From an uncultured archaeon (GTDB taxonomy: Archaea > Asgardarchaeota > Heimdallarchaeia > Heimdallarchaeales > Heimdallarchaeaceae), in assembly GCA_964549075.1 (NCBI GenBank), contig CAZJUB010000012.1, forward strand, positions 45,787-64,676: a DNA stretch of 18,890 bases. Direction: 5' to 3'. The notes under the pieces are model-generated. The model was not told the origin of the DNA. It worked only from the letters and a program-made list of their open reading frames with translations, and did no database searches. The first letter of the stretch is position 1; the number at the start of each line of letters is the position of its first letter. A program made the position numbers and the translations under genes. This document shows positions 9,175-16,509 of the stretch, piece after piece.

Positions 9175-10800
9175 TTACCTTCGTTTCATTAATTCATCAT
9201 ATACATTTTCTATTGATTTGAGTATTTTCTTTCCATCTTTCAATTGGTAGTCATCATCCCATAATAAACTATCAATAATACTGAAAACTTGTTCTGTTTC
9301 TTTTTGAATCTGCTTATTATCTTTAATCATATCAAGAATAACTTCGTTAATATCTACCAGAATTCCAATATTTATCTCCCCTTTAACAATAAGTGAGAGG
9401 ATTTTCTGATAGGTTTCTAGAATTTTCAGTGCTTCGGTTCCTTTCTTTTTTATTTTTTTAATGTCAATTACAAGTGGTTCTTTTATCTTAACCTTGTCTT
9501 TCAAATCTTCTTCAAGAATTTCTTCAAGCTCTTTTTCAACTCCTTTAGCTGGTCTGATTCTTCTCCTTTTTATGGCTGCTATATAAGCAAAAAGTGGAAA
9601 GAGGTTGAAATACCAGCTAGGTTCGAGAATTCCTTTTTCTATCATAAGTTTCTCGAAATATCTATTTAGAGATAATCCAATAGACATTAGTATCAAGAAC
9701 AAGTGACAGATTATCATCCATGAAAAGGAAGGGTCGTTAGCATTAAGAAAGACCATGACTGCTACACTTAATAGAAACCATATAGCCATAGCAATGAAAA
9801 TGTAACTCTCTTTTTGCCAATATAACCATACACCTATCAAACTTGAGATGATAGTTACTGTATAAAATATTATGACTTGAATTATAGTAATTCTTGACCA
9901 GAAAGTGAAGTAAAAAGTAGCTAGCATAATAGTTGAGAACATTGTTGCACCGAATGCTGCTTGAGCCAATTGTCTTACATTACTTTCAAATCTTATATCT
10001 GTTCTAAATTGATTTCTATCCAAATTTCCTCTAAATTTTACATAACTCTGATAGAGTACAGCAAACATCATTCCTCCCATAATAGCGATATCAAAAACAG
10101 AAATCATAGTTGTAGTATTTAGGAGTGAATCTATTGATACATTATCATATACAGTTGTAAATTGATTTAGAATGTCTTCATGAAATGACATAGGTGCAAA
10201 AATTACGATTAATATTGCATATAGAACCCATAAGAGATTATTAGTTGAACTAATTAGATCCAATATAATTGGTGGTTCAGAGATGTTCCATTCAGCACCA
10301 CTAAGGAATTTGGGCATTCTGTCTTGAATATAACGGGAACGAATTACTCTTTCTAGAATTTCCGCTCCAATAATCAATGCAGCAATTATTGGTAGAGATA
10401 TCCATATCCCAATACCATGTGTTGAGACCCAGTTTCCTAAATTTTCTTGTTTAATTGGACCAAGCAAGAGTAAAAAGAGGTTTACACCAGTTGCATTAGC
10501 TATTGTTTCTCCTGCCGATGGAATAGTTGCTTGGAGAACTGAGAATAATATAATCACGAGGAACGGTGTTAACTTTAGAAAAGAATACCAAAGTTTCTCC
10601 AACCTTATACGAATCCCTACACCTCTTGCAGTTTCAACTAGAGTTGCATTCAGTTCGTAAGGGTAAATTTTACGAGTACCTTTAACTACTGCCCTTGATT
10701 GACTTTTAAATAATCTTGTTCTCATTCCAAAAGATCTCATCAAAACATCCATCTTTTGTAAAGATCTGTCAAGTGGTGTGGTTGGTTTTTTAGAGCTCAT
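9175..10800 (-). CDS. Polytopic membrane protein (about 10 TM) with charged helical C-terminal domain
   Basis: Multiple hydrophobic segments, long ORF, 1 nt gap to the upstream gene and 5 nt gap to the downstream gene. Confidence 0.7.
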   Translation of the reverse strand: MSSKKPTTPLDRSLQKMDVLMRSFGMRTRLFKSQSRAVVKGTRKIYPYELNATLVETARGVGIRIRLEKLWYSFLKLTPFLVIILFSVLQATIPSAGETIANATGVNLFLLLLGPIKQENLGNWVSTHGIGIWISLPIIAALIIGAEILERVIRSRYIQDRMPKFLSGAEWNISEPPIILDLISSTNNLLWVLYAILIVIFAPMSFHEDILNQFTTVYDNVSIDSLLNTTTMISVFDIAIMGGMMFAVLYQSYVKFRGNLDRNQFRTDIRFESNVRQLAQAAFGATMFSTIMLATFYFTFWSRITIIQVIIFYTVTIISSLIGVWLYWQKESYIFIAMAIWFLLSVAVMVFLNANDPSFSWMIICHLFLILMSIGLSLNRYFEKLMIEKGILEPSWYFNLFPLFAYIAAIKRRRIRPAKGVEKELEEILEEDLKDKVKIKEPLVIDIKKIKKKGTEALKILETYQKILSLIVKGEINIGILVDINEVILDMIKDNKQIQKETEQVFSIIDSLLWDDDYQLKDGKKILKSIENVYDELMKRR

Positions 10801-10801
10801 C

Positions 10802-11551
10802 TTAATTACCTTCCTCCTCCTTAGTTTTATCCCTTGTTTTCTTCAATTTCCTTGCTTCTCTTTTTTCGGGAGCATTCTTAATTGATTTTTTAATGCCTTT
10901 ATATGCTACCTTAGACAATTCTATTGTTTTTGGAACACCAATAAACAAAGCTGGAGTAATCATTACTACAAATACTACAAGAAAGATAATTATCCATCTA
11001 ATGAAAGTTTGAGGATCAGGAAATCCTGGCAGTTTAATTACAGGATTTACCCCTACTCTCTCTACTTGAATATATGATTTGTCCCCTGGAAAATATGCCT
11101 TAAAAAGTGTATCTTCTGTATAGGAAGAGCTGTGTGCTATTATTTCTATAGAGATGTTAAACAAATTATAATCAGTAGGAGCGATTAGTGTAGTATTGAT
11201 ATTGTAAAATTTATTGGTTTCATTTAATACAAAATCCCCATCATGGAGATACCTTGCTTCAGTTTGGTTATCTGGATATACATAAGTAATATCAACATAG
11301 GTTATTGTTATATTATATCCTGACTCAATATTATTTGCTCCAAAAGTAATATTAAAGTTCACATTAGTATTTTCTTTCCAGCTTAAAGGAGCTCTAGAAA
11401 CAACTGTGAAGTTTGTATTTGGATCAAATTCAAATCTATAAGTCGGTGAAGTATAGACACTACTTTGTCCATTGGATTGATTTGTAGTTGTTATAGTCAA
11501 CACTAAAGCCGATAATAATACTAAACTAATTATAGGTTTTTTCAACTTCAT
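10802..11551 (-). CDS. Membrane-anchored surface protein (signal peptide, beta-rich domain, TM, basic tail)
   Basis: MKLKKPIISLVLL signal peptide. The ATG at 11551 gives an ATGA overlap with the upstream stop, so it is preferred over 11569. Several sequons (NQS, NFT, NIT, NQT, NET, NTT, NIS). Confidence 0.7.
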   Translation of the reverse strand: MKLKKPIISLVLLSALVLTITTTNQSNGQSSVYTSPTYRFEFDPNTNFTVVSRAPLSWKENTNVNFNITFGANNIESGYNITITYVDITYVYPDNQTEARYLHDGDFVLNETNKFYNINTTLIAPTDYNLFNISIEIIAHSSSYTEDTLFKAYFPGDKSYIQVERVGVNPVIKLPGFPDPQTFIRWIIIFLVVFVVMITPALFIGVPKTIELSKVAYKGIKKSIKNAPEKREARKLKKTRDKTKEEEGN

Positions 11552-13770
11552 TTTTGCTCTTTTCTCCATTTCTCGAATTTTTCTATTAAACTCATAACAT
11601 TTTCTACATAATCTCTTGCTTGAGCTTTGGTGTAGTAGATTTGTTCTTCATTTTGCATACTATTAGCAATACCTCTTCCAACAGAAAGAAGTTCTAATGT
11701 TTCTGAAACCAAGAATGAAGGAACATACCTTCGAATAGTAGTTTCTTGTAAATCTTCATTTACTGCCATTAGGTTAACTGGTACAATTCTACTTAGATAA
11801 CCTAGTAATTCCCAATACTCACCCAACATAGCTTTCCAAGGTTCTACAGAAATATCAATTTCTCTTGATTTTTTAATGGAATTTATCTGTATCTCCTCAA
11901 CTGATACTAACATCTCATATTTTTGTTCTTCTTCTTGAATCTTCTTTATCATACGCCTTCGAATAATATAATAGGTTAAAAGGAAAGCAAGGATAGGTGC
12001 TATCAATCCTAATAAACTTAGGAAAATGAGATTATTTCTTAAGGAATTCTGTTGTTCTTGAGTTAGTTCAGTCTGCACTCTGAAATGCTCGAATCTTGCA
12101 GACAAATCTTCAATAGCATCAAGTACATCAATGAATGAATAAGTAATTTGAGCTGAGAACAAATCGTGATAAGGGTCAATTTCCCGATCTGGATGAACAA
12201 ATTGTATTTTTGTTCTACCTTCAGGAGTCTTCTGCAACTTTCCATCTTCACCTAAAACAAGGTAACTCTCAGGTGATGCACTATAAACAATAGCCCCTTC
12301 AGGCATTATAACGCTATAGTCAATATTAGCTTTGGAATATACTGGCTCAGATTGAGAGTCATTGTGTAAAGCTGGATTAACAAACAAGAGCCAGAAATAA
12401 TCTAAATAGACAAGAATGTTACTATTATTATAATAAACATAAGGACGAACAATTTCATAATGAATATAACCTTGAACATTTCGAATTAGATACCTATCAC
12501 TAAATTGCTGATAGGATAGTGGGGTTCCAAATTCATTGTAAGCTCTGAAATCAAGAACATTACTCGTATCAATCCATATACTATAATTATCAACAGTAAA
12601 TCCAATGTCAAAGTATACCGTTTCGAAAGCGATATCATCTTTACCTAAATCTTCAACTGCAGTATAATCCATGACATCTCCTTGATTTAACACTGGTTCA
12701 GATGTTTCCATAGTTACCATCGTGTTATTAGTGATGGTTTGAATATTTGTGTTATCCGTTACTTTTTCATTTATATGAAAATATGGTGATAGAAGTAATA
12801 AAATAAAGAAAACATCAAATAGTGCTGATACTCGTTTTCTTGGATCTTGTTCTCCTTCAATATCACGAAGCATTTTCTTGGGCAAGCTTCTAGCCTCATT
12901 TAAGCGTGATTTGAATTTTCTTTTTGCTCTCAGATAGCCATATAATGCAGCTATTATGCTGACTGCAACAGCTAGAAATGCGATTAGTTTAAAATAGGTC
13001 TGGAGTAGATTCAATAAATTATCTATCTGTTCCAGTTTTTGTTCCTGACTTTGATTCTGATACATTTGTTCTGTAAACTGTAAATAGATTGGATCGAAAT
13101 TGTAGGTAATTTCATATGTGAGGGGGTCATGAAATGGATCCATAGCTCTTTCTTGGTAATCCCAAGTTATACCAAAAGAATTCCCCTCTTTAACGATAAC
13201 TGCATTGTCTGTAGGGGCAAAACTGACTAGTCCCGCTCCTTCCGGCAGGATTTGTTTATTATGATAATTCACAGGAGCAAATCTTTCTTCTCCTTCAGGC
13301 GTTACATAGCTGAAATAAGCCCAGAAAGTATCAAATATAACGATGAAATTTGTGTCAATAAAATAATCAGGTTCACTATAAGTTACTATTTGATAATAGA
13401 GTTCTGTTGTTCTGGTTTGAATTTCGATTCTATCATCATAAAGAAAATAATCAACGTTTTCAGTTAAATTACCTAAACCATCCCAAAAAGCGATTACTTG
13501 CATATTCGGGACATTACCATAGATCGTAAGATAACTTCCTGGTGAGTTGAGATCCACCCATTTAATGTACCCGTTTGTTACAGTTATGTTATTTTTATAA
13601 TAATATTGATCTTTACTAATTGTAACAGTAAAATCTGTTTCTTGAGCTTGTACCGTAGTCGACTTTGAGTACAGTATAAAAACACTACTCCCAACTAAAG
13701 CGATTATTTCCAAACTTATAACTATGAGTAGGATTAATCTGCGTTTTATCTTCATAAGTTTCAATCTCAA
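11548..13770 (-). CDS. Internally duplicated membrane protein with two extracellular LPEGA-type domains
   Basis: The two halves share FW...[LM]PEGA...P...DP[FY]HD...ITY[NS]F, a coiled coil, a TM helix and a basic stretch. TTGA overlap with the moxR stop. Confidence 0.75.
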   Translation of the reverse strand: MRLKLMKIKRRLILLIVISLEIIALVGSSVFILYSKSTTVQAQETDFTVTISKDQYYYKNNITVTNGYIKWVDLNSPGSYLTIYGNVPNMQVIAFWDGLGNLTENVDYFLYDDRIEIQTRTTELYYQIVTYSEPDYFIDTNFIVIFDTFWAYFSYVTPEGEERFAPVNYHNKQILPEGAGLVSFAPTDNAVIVKEGNSFGITWDYQERAMDPFHDPLTYEITYNFDPIYLQFTEQMYQNQSQEQKLEQIDNLLNLLQTYFKLIAFLAVAVSIIAALYGYLRAKRKFKSRLNEARSLPKKMLRDIEGEQDPRKRVSALFDVFFILLLLSPYFHINEKVTDNTNIQTITNNTMVTMETSEPVLNQGDVMDYTAVEDLGKDDIAFETVYFDIGFTVDNYSIWIDTSNVLDFRAYNEFGTPLSYQQFSDRYLIRNVQGYIHYEIVRPYVYYNNSNILVYLDYFWLLFVNPALHNDSQSEPVYSKANIDYSVIMPEGAIVYSASPESYLVLGEDGKLQKTPEGRTKIQFVHPDREIDPYHDLFSAQITYSFIDVLDAIEDLSARFEHFRVQTELTQEQQNSLRNNLIFLSLLGLIAPILAFLLTYYIIRRRMIKKIQEEEQKYEMLVSVEEIQINSIKKSREIDISVEPWKAMLGEYWELLGYLSRIVPVNLMAVNEDLQETTIRRYVPSFLVSETLELLSVGRGIANSMQNEEQIYYTKAQARDYVENVMSLIEKFEKWRKEQK

Positions 13771-14783
13771 GTTTGTACAGATGGAGCAGGAGTGTGTTTT
13801 AATATTCTATCAATGATTATTTCAGAAGTTGTTCCATCAAATTCGTATTCTGGTTTAATTAAAACTCTATGTCTTAATACATTCTTAGCAACTTTCTGAA
13901 TATCTATCGGATTTACATATTTTCTACCATTCATGGCAGCTGTAGCTTTAGCAGCAATGGTCATCCATAAACTAGCTCTTGGACTTGCACCCATGTAAAC
14001 TTCTTCACTTTCTCTAGTAAGATTAACTATTCTTACAATATATTTAGCGAGGTCATCAGAAATACTAACCTCCTTTCTAACAAACTTTTGTAATTCCAAA
14101 ACCTCATCGCTTGACAAGACAGGCTTGATGTCTTCGAGCTTATCATATGAATCATACTCACCAGTAAAACGATTTACTATCTCAACTTCTTCATTTTCTT
14201 CAGGATAAGTGACTAAAACTTTGAAAGCAAAACGATCTATTTGTGCTTCTGGTAAAGGATATGTACCTTCGGTTTCGATTGGATTTTGTGTAGCGAACAC
14301 AATGAACGGAGCTGGTAATTCATATGTTTTCTTCTCAACAGATACCTGTTTCTCTTGCATACTTTCAAGCATTGCTGCTTGTGTTTTTGGTGGTGCTCTG
14401 TTAATTTCATCTGCTAACAGAAGATTTGTAAAAACAGGTCCTTGTTTGAAATAAAAATCTCCTGTTTCTGGTCTAAACGCCATAACCCCAGTTACATCTG
14501 AAGGCATTAAATCTGGTGTAAATTGTATTCTTTTGAAATCTGCAGAAATTGCTCTTGCTAATGCTCTTGCCATTAGTGTTTTTGCTATTCCTGGCACTCC
14601 TTCAAGTAAAACGTGACCATCAGCTATCACTGCGGCTATCATGGCTTCTATTACTTCTTCTTGACCAACAATCACTTTACTGATACTTTCTTTAATTTGT
14701 TTAATTTTTGTAGAAAGGTCCTTGATGCCAACTTGGGTAGTTTTTGTTTTTTTAGTTGAGGGTTTTTTCTCCTTTGAACTCAT
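13767..14783 (-). CDS. moxR: MoxR family AAA+ ATPase
   Basis: Walker A GVPGIAKT, RIQFTPDLMPSD, Walker B LLADEINR, ATQNPIETEGTYPLPEAQIDRF, GASPRA. Start placed at MSSKEK (14783) because a GGAG precedes it. Confidence 0.95.
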   Translation of the reverse strand: MSSKEKKPSTKKTKTTQVGIKDLSTKIKQIKESISKVIVGQEEVIEAMIAAVIADGHVLLEGVPGIAKTLMARALARAISADFKRIQFTPDLMPSDVTGVMAFRPETGDFYFKQGPVFTNLLLADEINRAPPKTQAAMLESMQEKQVSVEKKTYELPAPFIVFATQNPIETEGTYPLPEAQIDRFAFKVLVTYPEENEEVEIVNRFTGEYDSYDKLEDIKPVLSSDEVLELQKFVRKEVSISDDLAKYIVRIVNLTRESEEVYMGASPRASLWMTIAAKATAAMNGRKYVNPIDIQKVAKNVLRHRVLIKPEYEFDGTTSEIIIDRILKHTPAPSVQT

Positions 14784-14880
14784 TATTGACACTCCGTAAA
14801 AAGAGAAGCCTAATTCCCTTATAAACATATTTTATTACAAGAAAATTAAATCTATCTAAAAAACAAGTAATTTTTCTAGG

Positions 14881-15594
14881 TTATACTTTCCCCGTAACAG
14901 CTTTTTTAGCTGATTTTGGAGGAGGTGATTCTTCCCATTCCTCATCAAATGACCATTGAGAAAGAGAAATGGTAAATGAAGAATCTTCTCGACCAGGACA
15001 TTCAATTCTAATTGTAAGTTGATCTTTAGATAACTCTTCTACTTCAGGGTGTAAACAGTTTTCTTCAAGAATATCCATCAATGCAGCAACATAAGTATTT
15101 GAGATTTGATTAATACTTTCTTCTTGAATCTTAAGTCCAACCTCTCCTAATTTATAGCATGATTTACGCCCGTCTTTAAATTTCTCAATTAAATTAGCTT
15201 TTATCATTCTATCAGTGTGATGTCTAACAGTATCATGATGGATTTCTAGGGCTTTAGCTATCGCTGTCTGATGAACACCTTCATTGTTTAAAATATAAGT
15301 AAAAATTTTTCTTGCTGTAGCATGTTTTAGAACAACAAAAGCCTTCTCTACATCTTCATCCCTTAGCGTTCTGGAAAAATAAACTCTTTTTCCACCAAAC
15401 TTAGTAGACTTGATTAAATTAGCTTCCTCCAACTTCCTAAGATGCCAGTTTATGGTACCATGTGGTGCAGTCAACGTACTAGATAATTCAAAAAAATATG
15501 CGCCTGGTGTTTCGCATACTAATCTATAGATTTCCCTACGTAATGGATGGAGTAGTAAGGTAAGTCGTTTTTCCTTTACTCTCCGTTGAACCAT
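14881..15594 (-). CDS. Double winged helix-turn-helix transcriptional regulator (ArsR-like, COG3398-type)
   Basis: HPLRREIY...PG...GTINWHLRKLEEANLI and ARKIFTYILNNEG...DTVRHHTDRMIKANLI tandem wHTH. AAGGAG RBS upstream. Confidence 0.88.
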   Translation of the reverse strand: MVQRRVKEKRLTLLLHPLRREIYRLVCETPGAYFFELSSTLTAPHGTINWHLRKLEEANLIKSTKFGGKRVYFSRTLRDEDVEKAFVVLKHATARKIFTYILNNEGVHQTAIAKALEIHHDTVRHHTDRMIKANLIEKFKDGRKSCYKLGEVGLKIQEESINQISNTYVAALMDILEENCLHPEVEELSKDQLTIRIECPGREDSSFTISLSQWSFDEEWEESPPPKSAKKAVTGKV

Positions 15595-15831
15595 GGTTTC
15601 TTTCTCCTTTTACTATTTCTTGTATTTTTTATGTTCTTCCGTTTATTTAACTATTTGGTGTGTAATGTTCAGTAATATTTAGTCTGTTCAAACTAACTAG
15701 AATTTCGATATCAAAATAGAATGTGAAAATATAAAATAATGAAAAAATAGGGAGTCTCACAACAAGATGGTAAATCTCTCGGTGGATGGAGAAGCAAAGT
15801 GAGACGTTTTTCCTTTACTCTCCGTTGAACC
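15566..15831. repeat. 27 bp perfect direct repeat (15566-15592 and 15805-15831)
   Basis: cgtttttcctttactctccgttgaacc occurs twice, offset by 239 bp. Confidence 0.97.
15642..15658 (-). promoter_or_regulatory. Putative BRE-TATA promoter of the wHTH gene
   Basis: ccaaatag-TTAAATAAA on the - strand about 48 nt upstream of the ATG; near-identical to 16325-16341. Confidence 0.55.
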
Positions 15832-15847
15832 TGACGGTTCGCTCCTT
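15741..15847 (-). pseudogene. Degenerate copy of the RBS and first ~35 codons of the wHTH gene
   Basis: Translates across small deletions to VQRRVKEKRLTLLLHP--REIYHLVCETP--YFF versus VQRRVKEKRLTLLLHPLRREIYRLVCETPGAYFF. No ATG. Confidence 0.88.
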
Positions 15848-16274
15848 AAACTGTTAGAGTATCAACCTCTACGCTTGATACTCCTTCGATTCGCTCAAGT
15901 TCATCTTTTATTTGATCAATGCTGACTTCCTTAAGCTCATCAGAGTCAATATAACCTTCATACACACAAGCACTTTGTGTGAAACACAAACCAGTACTGT
16001 ACAATGTTTTAATACCGAGTCTAATGAAAATAGAACCCATTTTACGAAGGAAATCAGGAGATAACTTTCCGATATTAATATTGATTTTTGCTACTTCATT
16101 AGTGCTAGTAGGAATGATTCTAATGATTCTAGTATTAGGCGCAAGAATCAACACTGCAAAAGTTTTACCATCTGGTTTGAGAGCTGATAGGAATTCTTCT
16201 GGTAGTTCTATTGGCTTTTCAGCCTCTAATTTTACCATCTTTGCGATTGTAACGGATTGCTTTTCGCTGCTCAT
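15846..16274 (-). CDS. Putative regulator: AbrB/SpoVT-like N-terminus plus ACT-like domain
   Basis: MVKLEAEKPIELPEEFLSALK resembles the AbrB swapped hairpin. C-terminal beta-alpha-beta-beta-alpha-beta pattern ending ELERIEGVSSVEV resembles ACT. GGAG RBS. Confidence 0.6.
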   Translation of the reverse strand: MSSEKQSVTIAKMVKLEAEKPIELPEEFLSALKPDGKTFAVLILAPNTRIIRIIPTSTNEVAKININIGKLSPDFLRKMGSIFIRLGIKTLYSTGLCFTQSACVYEGYIDSDELKEVSIDQIKDELERIEGVSSVEVDTLTV

Positions 16275-16313
16275 TTTCTTTTTTCTCCATCTATAACTAT
16301 TATTGATTACTTT

Positions 16314-16341
16314 ATGTAATTACATTTATATAACTATTTTG
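16314..16341 (-). promoter_or_regulatory. Putative BRE-TATA promoter with adjacent 12 bp palindrome
   Basis: caaaatag-TTATATAAA on the - strand about 50 nt upstream of the ATG, abutting the perfect palindrome ATGTAATTACAT (16314-16325). Confidence 0.55.
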
Positions 16342-16509
16342 CCTTTCTTAAATACTTTACGCTACTGCGGGTGTTATCTCGATGTTATTCTTTGTTAAAT
16401 TAAGTGAATATTTAACTAAATCTTATCTTTGTAAACAAGAATGTTAAACTATTGCAATAAGTTTTAATAGCACTCACATACTCTTAATTTCATACTTGAG
16501 GAAGTTATA

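Noticed and set aside
14784-14828. Longer moxR start at 14828
   Set aside because: The extension contains the likely TATA (TTTATAAG) and the GGAG RBS for the ATG at 14783.
15566-15831. 27 bp direct repeat as a CRISPR repeat or attL/attR of a mobile element
   Set aside because: Only two copies 239 bp apart, one of them coding; no cas, integrase or transposase gene nearby.
15800-15845. GAACCGTCAGG on the - strand resembles the entry to SRP RNA helix 8
   Set aside because: It lacks the GNRA loop and AGCAG strand, and the sequence is fully explained as a copy of the wHTH gene start.
15490-15847. Diversity-generating retroelement TR/VR pair
   Set aside because: Mismatches are not adenine-specific (many C/T changes), are synonymous, affect an N-terminus, and there is no reverse transcriptase in the window.
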